Shown here: in pieces, positions 18,516-29,100 of the stretch
Position numbering within the stretch: position 1 is the first letter of the stretch
Layout of the letters: every line of letters starts with the position of its first letter
Notes under the pieces: model-generated
What the model was told of the DNA's origin: nothing
Database searches by the model: none
What the model saw: only the letters and a program-made list of their open reading frames with translations
Source of the DNA: Candidatus Enterousia sp.
GTDB taxonomy: Bacteria > Pseudomonadota > Alphaproteobacteria > Rs-D84
Assembly (NCBI GenBank): GCA_045546155.1
Contig: JAZQCG010000001.1
Span: forward strand, 24,525-88,524
Direction of reading: 5' to 3'
DNA length: 64,000 bases
Position numbers and translations under genes: made by a program

Positions 18516-19169
18516 ATGAAAAATATTCCAAGAATCTTTGTTGGTAATGATATAAGTGGCGGTATTAAAATACCATTGTCGCGTGAAACGCTGCATTATT
18601 TAACGCGTGTTATGCGTACGCGCAGTTGTTTGGTATTTGGTGGTGGTGATGAATACAGTGCGACCGTTTCGGATGATGATAAAAATTTAATTGTTGGCGC
18701 TAAGACATCGCACATTGACCCGTCAAATAATATTACGTTAATGTTTGCACCGATTAAGCATACAGACGACCTGATAAATATGGCGACCCAGATGGGGGTC
18801 GCGCGTTTTGTGCCCATTATAACTGCGCGCACAGTTGCGCATCATATAAATTGGGATCGTATGCGCAAAATAGCGACCGAGGCCGCCGAACAATCAAATC
18901 GTAATTCAGTGCCTGAAATTCTAGAACCTATAAAATTTTCAGACCTGGATTTATCAGACATTGTTTTTGCAGACGAACGTGCGGCATATGGTGCGGAAAC
19001 ATCGACTGATTTTAATACGACAAAAATCCTAGTTGGCCCCGAAGGCGGCTTTTCAGACGAAGAATTTAACGCATTGGATGCGGCGGGCGCGCGTGGGGTA
19101 AGTTTGGGGAAAACGATATTGCGGGCTGAAACAGCAGCGATTGTTGCGCTGGCAAAAATTATAAAATAA
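18516..19169 (+). CDS. rsmE: 16S rRNA (uracil1498-N3)-methyltransferase RsmE
   Basis: MKNIPRIFV..., ...VGPEGGFSDEE... motif. Start moved to the internal ATG at 18516. Confidence 0.85.
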   Translation: MKNIPRIFVGNDISGGIKIPLSRETLHYLTRVMRTRSCLVFGGGDEYSATVSDDDKNLIVGAKTSHIDPSNNITLMFAPIKHTDDLINMATQMGVARFVPIITARTVAHHINWDRMRKIATEAAEQSNRNSVPEILEPIKFSDLDLSDIVFADERAAYGAETSTDFNTTKILVGPEGGFSDEEFNALDAAGARGVSLGKTILRAETAAIVALAKIIK

Positions 19170-19171
19170 AA

Positions 19172-19867
19172 ATGACGGTACGAATTGCAAAATTTTTATC
19201 AGATAACGGTGTTGCTTCACGCCGCGGGGCGGAAAGATTAATCGCCGATGGCGCTGTTGCGATTAATGGAACGGTAATAGACAGCCCTGTTAACTTTGTA
19301 AATGACAATGATGTTGTGACGGTTAACGGTAAAAAGATAGAAAATAAATTAACCACAGAATTATACGCCTTCTATAAACCTATAAACACAATGACAACCG
19401 CGCACGACCCGCATGCACGCAAAACAATTTATGATGTTTTGCCAGAAAAGTACAAGAATTTAAAATATGTCGGGCGATTAGATTATAAAACAACTGGGTT
19501 GCTATTATTAACAAATGATGGTGATTTGGCGCGCCGCCTGACATTACCGTCATCAAAAATTCCGCGTGTTTATATTGCGACTGTTTCTGGGGATACAAAA
19601 AAACTGGATATGGCACGACGTGGAATAACGGTTGATGGTATTCGTTATGCACCAATGAAAATCACGGAAACAGAACCAAACGTTTTGCGTATTGAAATAA
19701 CAGAAGGGAAAAAGAACGAAATCCGAATTGTTATGCGTGCGTGTGGTTGTCCGGTTGTAAAATTACATCGTATAAAATACGGAAAAATCGACATAGAAAA
19801 TTTAATTCCTGGACAAATTAAAAAGATTTCACAGAAAACAATTGACGAAATGATAAAAACTCTCTAA
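19172..19867 (+). CDS. Pseudouridine synthase, RsuA/RluB family (S4 domain plus catalytic domain)
   Basis: S4-like N-terminus (RIAKFLSDNGVASRR) and catalytic motif YVGRLDYKTTGLLLLTNDG. Confidence 0.88.
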   Translation: MTVRIAKFLSDNGVASRRGAERLIADGAVAINGTVIDSPVNFVNDNDVVTVNGKKIENKLTTELYAFYKPINTMTTAHDPHARKTIYDVLPEKYKNLKYVGRLDYKTTGLLLLTNDGDLARRLTLPSSKIPRVYIATVSGDTKKLDMARRGITVDGIRYAPMKITETEPNVLRIEITEGKKNEIRIVMRACGCPVVKLHRIKYGKIDIENLIPGQIKKISQKTIDEMIKTL

Positions 19868-19895
19868 TATTCCATTAAACGGAAGGGAGATTTTT

Positions 19896-20960
19896 ATGAA
19901 AAAAACACCACTTAAAAACACAAAAACTACAAAAAAAGCCCAGGAATCTAAGGTTAAGCCAGCGGTTAAACCAGTTGCGAAAAAGATCTGTTCAAATCCA
20001 TGGTCTTTGTCGATTTATGTTTATTGGTTTATTATTTTGTTCTTTATTGCGGCAACATTTTATATCTTGGGTCGCAGTCACGATGCAATTTATTCACCAT
20101 CTGGAACACAGATTAGTGAAGAACAATTGTTACAGGCAAACGATTACTTTGAAAATGGTAAAACAAAATTGTTGGCTGGTAATATTGACGAAGCATTGGC
20201 GGATTTGACAACTGCAATTGACAGTGGTGCTGCATCAATTGACACATATATCTTGCGTGGTGAAGCATATATGCAGTCTGGTGATTATCGCAATGCGATG
20301 GCTGATTTCGATGCGGCCTTGGAAAAAGATGCGCGTAACGCAGTTGCGTATTACGATCGTGCATTATTGAACACCCGTCTAGAAGATTATAGTTCTGCAT
20401 TAAATGATATTAATAACGCGATGGCTGCAAATACAACGCATCCAACACCTGTTTTGTCGTTGCGTGATTTGTATGCAAAACGTGGCCAGTTGAATTTGTG
20501 GTTAAAAAACTGGGAAGGTGCGATTGCTGATTATACAAATTCATTGGCACGCCCAGAAGGTGTTGTAAATCCAACTGTTTACGCAGAACGCGCCGAAGCA
20601 TATACCGCAACCGGGAACTATGCGGGTGCAATTGATGATTATTCATCTGCGGTTCGTGTAATCTCGGAACAGATTCAGGGCGCACCAACACGTGAAGAAC
20701 GCGAAGGTTTATCATCACGTGCAATGGATTATTTTGAAAAATCTGCTGCATTAAATGTAAATCTGGGAAATATGGATGCAGCGCGTTCTGATTTGGAATC
20801 TGCACGTACAATCGGTGCAGCGTTGGGTGATGGTGAAACGGTTGAACGTTTGGATAAACTGTTGGCTGAAATGAGTGTTGCGCAGCCTGTTGTTGAAACA
20901 GTTGCCGAACCAGCCCCAGAAGCACCAGCGCCAACCCCAGAAACGGTTGTTGCTGAATAA
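19896..20960 (+). CDS. TPR-repeat membrane-anchored protein with Pro/Ala/Glu-rich tail
   Basis: Lys-rich N-terminus, one TM (WSLSIYVYWFIILFFIAATFYIL), several TPR-like A..Y/A..D repeats and a C-terminal VAEPAPEAPAPTPE. Confidence 0.7.
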   Translation: MKKTPLKNTKTTKKAQESKVKPAVKPVAKKICSNPWSLSIYVYWFIILFFIAATFYILGRSHDAIYSPSGTQISEEQLLQANDYFENGKTKLLAGNIDEALADLTTAIDSGAASIDTYILRGEAYMQSGDYRNAMADFDAALEKDARNAVAYYDRALLNTRLEDYSSALNDINNAMAANTTHPTPVLSLRDLYAKRGQLNLWLKNWEGAIADYTNSLARPEGVVNPTVYAERAEAYTATGNYAGAIDDYSSAVRVISEQIQGAPTREEREGLSSRAMDYFEKSAALNVNLGNMDAARSDLESARTIGAALGDGETVERLDKLLAEMSVAQPVVETVAEPAPEAPAPTPETVVAE

Positions 20961-20962
20961 TA

Positions 20963-20988
20963 AAAAATCCGGCAAATGCCGGATTTTT
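20963..20988. terminator. Intrinsic terminator, CCGGCATTTGCCGG family in reverse orientation
   Basis: AAAAATCCGGC-AAAT-GCCGGATTTTT. Confidence 0.75.
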
Positions 20989-21046
20989 ATTTGCAAATTT
21001 AATAATGTTTTTGTACCATTTGCCTGTAAATTTACGGGGGTATATT

Positions 21047-21244
21047 ATGGACGAAAATAAACCAACATTTGAAGAAGCTTATAAACAATTAATGGAATTA
21101 GTAAAAAAAATGGAATCTGGCGAATTGCCATTGGCGGATTCTGTTGCAGCATACGAACAGGGTGTTAAATTAAAAGCATACTGTGAACAGTTATTAAAAG
21201 AAGCTGAATTAAAAATCGAAACACTAAAAGTATCAAATCAATAA
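21047..21244 (+). CDS. xseB: Exodeoxyribonuclease VII small subunit
   Basis: FEEAYKQLMELVKKMESGELPLADSVAAYEQGVKLKAYCEQLL. ATG at 21047. Confidence 0.9.
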   Translation: MDENKPTFEEAYKQLMELVKKMESGELPLADSVAAYEQGVKLKAYCEQLLKEAELKIETLKVSNQ

Positions 21245-21269
21245 TCAATTTTATTAAACGGAATTTATT

Positions 21270-23792
21270 GTGGCGGAAAAAAGCAAATTAACCCCTGTTA
21301 TGCAACAGTATGTTGATATGAAGGCGGAAAATCCAGACGCATTATTAATGTTTCGTCTGGGGGATTTTTATGAATCATTTTTTGAAGATGCAAAAATTAT
21401 TAGTTCTGCCTTGGGGCTGGTGTTAACCGCACGTGGTACGGATGGTGATGGGGAAAGTATTCCAATGTGTGGTATTCCATGGCACGCGGCGGATAATTAT
21501 TTTGGTCGCCTGGTGCGCAGTGGTTTTTCGGTAGCCCTGGTTGAACAAATGGAAACCCCAGCCGAAGCCAAAGCACGCGGTCATAAATTTATAGAGCGCA
21601 AAGTTGTACGTGTATTAACCCCTGGCACATTAACGGATGAAAATTTATTAACGCCGAAAAATTCTAATTTTTTAGTATCGATTATGCCACTGGGGGGCGG
21701 TGAATTTGATATTGCGGGTTGTGATATTTCAACTGGTGAATTTTTTATTGGAAAAACATCTGATATTATTGATGACTTGGTTCGCCTGAACCCGGCTGAG
21801 GTTATATATCCTGCATTTTCGGCTGAAAATGACAAAGTAATGCAAATACGTGATATTTTCAAAACAACCGCTGTATTTGAAAAATTATATCATCGCACAG
21901 ATATTGACCAGATTGTTTCACGTGTATTTGGTGGTGTGGTTCGTATGGATGCAATTTCAACAAACATAGATAACGCAATATGTTTGTTGGCGGGATATTT
22001 GTTTAATACCCAGCGTGATGCCACGATAACTTTTCGTGCCCCGCATCAGTTTAAGTCGGGTGCGCAATTATTAATTGATTCTGCCACCTGGAAAAGTCTG
22101 GAAATAGATGCACCGATTAATGATGGTGGCGCATGTTTGATTGATGTCTTGGATAATACCAAGACCGCCGCCGGCGCGCGCAAGTTGCGTTCATATTTAC
22201 GTGCTTTATCGGCGGATGTAGATGAAATTCGCACGCGCCAGGGACATATTGCGCACTTGATTACAAATTCAGATGTTATGTTGAGTTTGCAGAAAATATT
22301 ATCATCTGTACCAGATGTTGGACGTTGTTTGTCGCGTCTGTTGTCTGGGCGTGGCACACCGCGTGATATGCGAAATATTTCTGAATTTATTTCATCATTG
22401 CCCGCTGCCCAGGTTTTTTCAAATCGTCTGGACGCACAATTACGTTCACGTTTTATGGCAATAAACACACATGATGAATTGTGTTTAAAATTACATAATG
22501 CTTTGGCTGATGAATTGCCTACATTTTTCCGTGATGGCAATGTTATTCGTGATGGTTTTGATGCGGCGTTGGATAATATGCGCAGCCTTGCCAACGGTGC
22601 CAAAGAAACTATTGCCGCCTTACAGTCTGAATATGTGTCTAAAACTGGGATTAACACATTAAAGATAAAATATAACAATATCTTGGGATATTTTATAGAA
22701 GTTCCATCATCACGTGCCGAAGCAATGTTAAATCCAGAAACAGGATTTATCCATCGTCAAACAATGGCGGGCAATATGCGTTTTACAACGGCGCGATTGA
22801 TTGATTTGGATAACGATGTTCGCAGTGCGGCGGAAAAATCCGCCGGGATAGAGGCACAAATAATCACTTCATTAATCGAAGAAATACGTAAAATTGCTGA
22901 TGACTTGTTGTCGACGGCTGATTTGCTTGCAGATGCAGACGTTTGGTGTTCACTTGCTTATGTTGCAGATTTATATGACTGGACATGTCCAAATGTAACA
23001 AATGATTGTGCATATGATGTTGTTGGTGGTCGTCACCCAGTAATTGAAAGTGTATTGCGTGCACGTGGGGATAATTTTGTTAAAAATGATTGTAATTTAA
23101 ATGCGCGTGCAATTGCATTATTGACTGGGCCAAACATGGCGGGTAAATCAACATATCTGCGACAAAATGCGATTATTGTAGTGTTGGCGCATCTGGGGTC
23201 TTTTGTTCCAGCGACACGTGCAACAATCGGAATCTGTGACCAGTTGTTCAGTCGCGTTGGTGCATCTGATAACTTGGCGGCGGGACAGTCAACCTTTATG
23301 GTTGAAATGGCGGAAACAGCAAACATTTTAAATCGTGCCACAGATAAATCTTTTATCATATTTGATGAAATTGGACGTGGAACGGCCACATACGACGGTA
23401 TGGCAATTGCCCAGGCTGTACTTGAATTTTTAAATAACTTAAAACCACGAACACTGTTTGCGACACATTATCACGAATTAACATCTATCAAAATGGATAA
23501 TGTATCGTGTTTAACAATTGATGTGCGTGAACATAATAATGAAATTGTGTTTATGCATAAAATTGTACCCGGTGTTGCAAATCGATCATATGGTATACAT
23601 GTGGCGCGTATGGCGGGGATGCCGGCATCTGTTGTTGCGCGTGCAGAAAGTGTTTTATCGTCACTGGAATCACATACAGCAATTGAAACACCAACAAAAC
23701 CTGTTGAAAATATTCAGCCTAAAACAATAAACATGGCGCCGATGCGCGTTGAATCACCTGCCCGGTCTCAGTTAAATTTATTTGGGGAATAA
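21270..23792 (+). CDS. mutS: DNA mismatch repair protein MutS
   Basis: TPVMQQY...FYE N-terminus, Walker A GPNMAGKST, DEIGRGT. GTG start at 21270. Confidence 0.95.
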   Translation: MAEKSKLTPVMQQYVDMKAENPDALLMFRLGDFYESFFEDAKIISSALGLVLTARGTDGDGESIPMCGIPWHAADNYFGRLVRSGFSVALVEQMETPAEAKARGHKFIERKVVRVLTPGTLTDENLLTPKNSNFLVSIMPLGGGEFDIAGCDISTGEFFIGKTSDIIDDLVRLNPAEVIYPAFSAENDKVMQIRDIFKTTAVFEKLYHRTDIDQIVSRVFGGVVRMDAISTNIDNAICLLAGYLFNTQRDATITFRAPHQFKSGAQLLIDSATWKSLEIDAPINDGGACLIDVLDNTKTAAGARKLRSYLRALSADVDEIRTRQGHIAHLITNSDVMLSLQKILSSVPDVGRCLSRLLSGRGTPRDMRNISEFISSLPAAQVFSNRLDAQLRSRFMAINTHDELCLKLHNALADELPTFFRDGNVIRDGFDAALDNMRSLANGAKETIAALQSEYVSKTGINTLKIKYNNILGYFIEVPSSRAEAMLNPETGFIHRQTMAGNMRFTTARLIDLDNDVRSAAEKSAGIEAQIITSLIEEIRKIADDLLSTADLLADADVWCSLAYVADLYDWTCPNVTNDCAYDVVGGRHPVIESVLRARGDNFVKNDCNLNARAIALLTGPNMAGKSTYLRQNAIIVVLAHLGSFVPATRATIGICDQLFSRVGASDNLAAGQSTFMVEMAETANILNRATDKSFIIFDEIGRGTATYDGMAIAQAVLEFLNNLKPRTLFATHYHELTSIKMDNVSCLTIDVREHNNEIVFMHKIVPGVANRSYGIHVARMAGMPASVVARAESVLSSLESHTAIETPTKPVENIQPKTINMAPMRVESPARSQLNLFGE

Positions 23793-24666
23793 TATGGCGG
23801 ATGGATTTATAATCTTGGACAAAGAATCTGGGCTGTTTTCCCGTACGGCGGGCGGTCGCATTGCGCGTATGTTCGATACTAAAAAATTCGGGCATATCGG
23901 TACATTGGACCCAATGGCATCGGGGGTATTACCGATTGCGATTGGTAATGCTACAAAAATGATTCCATTTATCGAAGATATAAATTCCAATAAAAAAGAA
24001 TATTTGTTTTCATGTGTATTTGGATTTGAAACCGATACACTGGACATAACAGGACATGAAACCGCGCGCAATAATATTGTTCCAACGGTTGAAATGGTTG
24101 AATCAGTATTGCCAAAATTGATTGGTAAAATTATGCAGACGCCCCCACTCTATTCTGCGGTACATGTCGATGGTGTGCGTGCATATGATGCCGCGCGTCG
24201 TGGCCAAGATATTGAAATACCGGCCCGCCAAATAGAAATTTTTGAACTAGAATTTCTGGGGGTACGCAATGATTCATGGCATTTTCGCGTGGTATGCAGT
24301 CGTGGCACATATGTACGTTCTATTGCCCGTGATATTGCCAAAATGTGCGACACAATCGCGACGGTTGATATGATACGACGGACACAAACCAATGGTTTTA
24401 CTATAAAAAATGCAGTAAAACTTGATTTTTTAGAAAATCTGGTTAATAATGGTGGCGATTTCAAGAAATACTTGGAACCAATTGATTCAGGACTGGGGGA
24501 CATTCCGGTTGTGAATCTTGACGGCACGGCGGCTAATTTTTATAAAAATGGCGGCTTTGTCGCGACGGCGGGTGCATCAGGTTTGCGCCGTGTATATTCG
24601 GATGACGTGTTCATTGGAATTGGTACGGTTGCAGATGGCGTATTGCGCCCAAAAAGAACAATTTAA
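23782..24666 (+). CDS. truB: tRNA pseudouridine55 synthase TruB
   Basis: GHIGTLDPMASGVLPIAIG motif. Overlaps the mutS stop by 11 nt. Confidence 0.93.
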   Translation: MGNNMADGFIILDKESGLFSRTAGGRIARMFDTKKFGHIGTLDPMASGVLPIAIGNATKMIPFIEDINSNKKEYLFSCVFGFETDTLDITGHETARNNIVPTVEMVESVLPKLIGKIMQTPPLYSAVHVDGVRAYDAARRGQDIEIPARQIEIFELEFLGVRNDSWHFRVVCSRGTYVRSIARDIAKMCDTIATVDMIRRTQTNGFTIKNAVKLDFLENLVNNGGDFKKYLEPIDSGLGDIPVVNLDGTAANFYKNGGFVATAGASGLRRVYSDDVFIGIGTVADGVLRPKRTI

Positions 24667-24683
24667 AACAAAGGAAAAATACA

Positions 24684-24956
24684 ATGTCCGTTACAAAAGA
24701 ACAAATTGCCGAAGTAGTGGCAAATTTCAAAACGACAGAACATGACAATGGTGGTTCTGTGGCGGCCCAGGTTGCTGGTCTTACATTGCGTATTCGCAAT
24801 TTGACAGAACACATGAAGGCTAATCACAAAGACAAACACTCGAAACGTGGTTTGTTGTTGATGGTTAATCGTCGTAAAAAATTGTTGGCATACATCAAGA
24901 AAAATGATGTTGCTGAATACGAAGAACTGATTAAGAAATTAGGTCTGCGTAAATAA
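24684..24956 (+). CDS. rpsO: 30S ribosomal protein S15
   Basis: ...[31 protein letters not shown]... Confidence 0.96.
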   Translation: [90 protein letters not shown]

Positions 24957-24957
24957 T

Positions 24958-24984
24958 AAAAATCCCTCGTTTGGGGGATTTTTT
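24958..24984 (+). terminator. Intrinsic terminator after rpsO (ATCCC..GGGGAT family)
   Basis: AAAAATCCCTC-GTTT-GGGGGATTTTTT. Confidence 0.75.
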
Positions 24985-25075
24985 AGTGGTTAGTGCAAGT
25001 AGAGAGTAGAAACACTATGATGTGTGGCAACCGCCGCACACAACCACTAACCGCTATCCACTTACACTAACCACT
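24985..25075. repeat. GGTTAGTG-family inverted-repeat element (about 91 bp)
   Basis: Terminal 11-bp inverted repeats AGTGGTTAGTG (24985-24995) and CACTAACCACT (25065-25075). There is an internal CCACTAACC copy. The right arm supplies the last codons and stop of nth. Confidence 0.75.
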
Positions 25076-25708
25076 ATATTTACACCATTTTGCAACTGGG
25101 CATTTTTCACAATTTGGACGTAACGCCTTGCATATATATCGACCATGTAAAACCATTACATGATTTACAATTGGATGATATTTTTTTGGAATCTTTTTAA
25201 GTAATTTTGCTTCGACTTTTTCTGGGGTGTTGTCGGATGCGTCCACCCAACCATATCGATGCGCATTGCGGAAAACATGCGTATCGACGCCGATATTTGG
25301 TGCGCCCCATAAAACATTGCATACAACGTTTGCAGTTTTTTGACCAATTCCAGGCAATTGCATTAACGCATCACGGTTATGATATTTTTCTGGAAAAACA
25401 TCTACCATATTTTCAGCAACTAATTTTTCAGCCAACGCAATAATGTTTTTTGCTTTGTTATTAAAGAAGGAAATAACGCGTATATGTTCTTTTAACCCAT
25501 CGATACCCAATGCCAACATTTTAGCTGGCGTTGGTGCGACGCGAAATAATTCAGGTGTAACTTCGTTTACTTTTTTATCTGTCGCCTGGGCAGATAAAAT
25601 AACCGCCACCGCAAAGTTAAATTCATTGGTGTGATACAATTCCGACCGGATTGTCATATCAACAGTCTGTGGCACTAATTCAAAATATCTTTGCGGGGTC
25701 AGTTTCAT
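25067..25708 (-). CDS. nth: Endonuclease III
   Basis: HhH-GPD motif LPGIGQKTANVV and C-terminal 4Fe-4S cluster C-x6-C-x2-C-x5-C (CKALRPNCEKCPVAKWC). Confidence 0.94.
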   Translation of the reverse strand: MKLTPQRYFELVPQTVDMTIRSELYHTNEFNFAVAVILSAQATDKKVNEVTPELFRVAPTPAKMLALGIDGLKEHIRVISFFNNKAKNIIALAEKLVAENMVDVFPEKYHNRDALMQLPGIGQKTANVVCNVLWGAPNIGVDTHVFRNAHRYGWVDASDNTPEKVEAKLLKKIPKKYHPIVNHVMVLHGRYICKALRPNCEKCPVAKWCKYSG

Positions 25709-26122
25709 TTATTTTTGTTTATCTTTATCGCGATGAACAAATTGCAACAAACGTACAATCAGTTCCATATCAGGTGTTAAAGGCAATTCGTTTGGACATT
25801 TTGCTGCACATCTTATATTTTCGTGCAACTTGCATTTTCCGCCCGGCGTTTGGTGTGGACAGTGCTGTTCAATCTGTGTGCAATATAAATCATTTGGATA
25901 TGTTTCCATTGGTTGCGCGGTGGTTGAAATAACGCGTGGCGCATAGCTGCGAATATGATACAGGTATTTAATTAAAAATCCCATATTCTTGTCCTCTACA
26001 ACAATAGAATCATCGCATCTTTCAACAGTGTCCAGTTTTCTTGTTCGTTTGCAGCGTCCATCCGGCAACTTATCGGGGCAATTTACCCCGATATTACTGC
26101 AAAACAAATATGGATATTTCAT
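25709..26122 (-). CDS. Hypothetical Cys-rich protein with an internal tandem duplication
   Basis: Two modules share L[FY]C[ST].I...CP...P.G.CK (C8/C15/C24/C36 and C81/C88/C97/C105). The stop codon abuts the nth start. Confidence 0.6.
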   Translation of the reverse strand: MKYPYLFCSNIGVNCPDKLPDGRCKRTRKLDTVERCDDSIVVEDKNMGFLIKYLYHIRSYAPRVISTTAQPMETYPNDLYCTQIEQHCPHQTPGGKCKLHENIRCAAKCPNELPLTPDMELIVRLLQFVHRDKDKQK

Positions 26123-26133
26123 ATATTAATCCT

Positions 26134-29100
26134 TTATGCTTTTTTAACAGAAATATTCAGGTTATAACCCTCGATTTCTGTTGAATATTCGCCGTCGCCC
26201 GCAACCATTTGTGTAATCAATGCTTCACGCATGATGCGTTTTTGATGTTGTTCGATTGCATTAACGATTGCTGGATCGCCACTGTATGTCAATACAATAC
26301 GGTCGGAAACATCCAGTCCTGCTGCTTTGCGTGTGTCTTGGATGAAACGCAATGCATCGTTTGCCAAACCTTCGGCCACTAAATCAGCGGTCACATTTGT
26401 ATCCAGAACAACAACGGCTGTGTTATCTGGTAATGCTGCGCCGGTCACATCATTTTTGACGGTTAAGCGATTTTCAAATTCATCCGCATTTAATTCATGA
26501 CCCGCCGCAATCAGTTTATCGCCATTAAATTCATAGTCGCCACGTTTAACTGCTGGGATAATTTCTTTTAATGCGCCACCCAAACGCGCACCAATTTTTG
26601 GTGTAATCAGGTATATAAAACTGTCCGCTACGTCACCAATATTTTCTACAAATTGGATTGTTTTTACATTTAGTTCTTCGCGGATAATATCTGCGTATGC
26701 GCTTAGATCAGTACCAGCAATTGTCATATTTGCCAACGGTAAACGATTGCGTAATTTATATTGTTCGCGTAATTGTTTACCAGTTGATACAACCGATTGA
26801 ACGCGCCGCATATCATCAACGATTTTTTTATCAAACGCAGCTGCGGTTGGGAAATCTGTTAGATGCACAGATTCCTCGCCTGTTAAATTGCGATATATAT
26901 ATTCTGAAACAAATGGTGCAAATGGTGCAAGTGTACGGCACAGTGTGATTAAAACCGTGTATAGTGTATCAAATGCATCCTGTGCTTCGTCCCAGAAACG
27001 TGCGCGTCCACGACGGATGTACCAGTTGTTCAGAATATCCAAGAAACGAACAAATTCTTTGATTGCAACATCTGGTTTGTATTCGGTCAATGCGTTTTTC
27101 ACAACATCAATCAAGACGTTTAATTCCGCCAAGATATATTTATCCAACGCATTTGTAGGATTTACAATTTCGTGTGCTGTCACATTTCCTGCGTTTGCAT
27201 ACAGTGTAAAGAAGTGGTATGCGTTCCACAGTGGTGTTTGAATTGTTTTTGTTGATTCGACAAAGACTTTGCCTTCTTTATCAACTGGCACAGGTTCAGC
27301 CTTCATAAAGTTTGAGCCTAATACAAACAAACGAATTGCATCCGCACCATATTGTTCAATTTGTTGTTCTGGGTTAACAAAGTTCTTTAATGACTTTGAA
27401 AACTTTTTCTTGTTTTCATCAACAATCATACCGTTTGCAGAAACTGCACGGAACGCAGGCTTATCGAATAATGCTGTTGCCAATACCATTAACGCATAGA
27501 ACCAACCACGTGTCTGATCTTGACCTTCGATAATATAGTCTGCGGGGAACGTTGCTTCAAAACGTTCTTGGTTTTCGAACGGATAATGCAACGAAGCCCA
27601 TGGCATAGAACCCGATTCAACCCAGCAATCCAATACGTCTGGGATACGTGTCCAACCGTCTTTGGTTAATTTATCCAATGTTGGACGATGCAGGTCATCG
27701 ATTTTTACACCAAAGAATTCTTCTATTTCTGCGATTGAGCCAAATACTTTGAATTCGCCATCCTTTTCCCAAATTGGTAATGGCATCCCCCAGAAACGAT
27801 TTCTGGAAATAGACCATGGTCGTGCATTTTCAATCCATGAACGGAAACGTTCACCAGCGCTGGTCCAATTAACCATATTGTTATTTGCGATTAATTTATC
27901 TTTGATTTTTGGTACGTCAATATACCACGAATCTGTCGCGCGATAGATTAATTTTTCTTTGCTGCGGTCGCCAAATGGATAGCTGTGCTTGTATTGTTCT
28001 TTTTTTACTAATCGTCCATTGGATTTTAACCAATCCAGAATTTTTGGTGTTGCAGCAAAGATATTTTCACCTGCAAAATCAGTAACTGTTTCATCAAAGT
28101 TACCATAATTATCAACGTTTAATAAAACTGGGAATTTTGCATCGATTGCCTTGGCTGCCCAGAAGTCATCTGCCCCGTATGCTGGTGCGATATGAACGAT
28201 ACCCGTACCATCGGAATCAGATACATAGTCTGCTGGGATTACTTGGAATAATAATTCAGATTGCCCAGCGTAATATGGGAACAGTGGTGTATAATGCATA
28301 CCCGCCAAATCAGAACCTTTAATACGTCCGACTTCGGTTGCGTTGGCAAACTGTTTTTCATATGCTTTCAAGCGACTTTCTGCAACAATGTAAATTGCAC
28401 CATCACTGTCCGCCATACGCAGGTATGTCATATTCGGATTAACAGCCAGTGCGCTGTTCGCGGGCAATGTCCATGGTGTTGTTGTCCATGCGATGACTCT
28501 ATCGCCATTTTCCAATTCAAACCAAACCGTTACCGCATCATCAACGATTTCACGATAATCTTGGGATGCTTCTGAATTAGAAACAACTGTGCCATTGACC
28601 CAGTCAAATGGATTAACACTGTAATCTTTATACAACAGGCCCTTTTCATACAAAGACTTTAATGTCCATAACATTGATTCCATATAGTCTTTGTTCATTG
28701 TTTTGTAACCATATCCATCGCCAATATCAACCCAACGACCCATGCGGGTGATAAACGCGTTCCACTCGTTCGTGTATGTCATAACGTCGCTGCGACACAT
28801 ATCACAAAATGCAGCAATTCCATCATTGGCAACAATATCTTTGGCGGATTTACCAACCTTTTTTTCGACCGAGTTTTCAGCCGGCAAACCGTGGCAATCC
28901 CACCCTAATTCGCGGTTGACATAGCGTCCCGACATTGTTTGAAAACGGGAAACCATATCTTTAACCACCGACACACCTAAATGTCCCCAGTGTGGTAACC
29001 CATTGGCAAATGGTGGGCCGTCAAAAAAGCTAAACGGATGCCCCAGTTTTGTTTTTTCCAATGTTTTATGAAAGGTATCGTTTTCGCGCCAGTACGCTAA

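Noticed and set aside
20410-20934. 174-aa minus-strand ORF opposite the TPR protein gene
   Set aside because: His/Gln/Leu-rich low-complexity shadow frame. The plus-strand ORF has a TM anchor and TPR repeats.
22046-22678. 210-aa minus-strand ORF opposite mutS (similarly 23033-23389, 21581-21862)
   Set aside because: Antisense shadow ORFs within a well-supported mutS reading frame.
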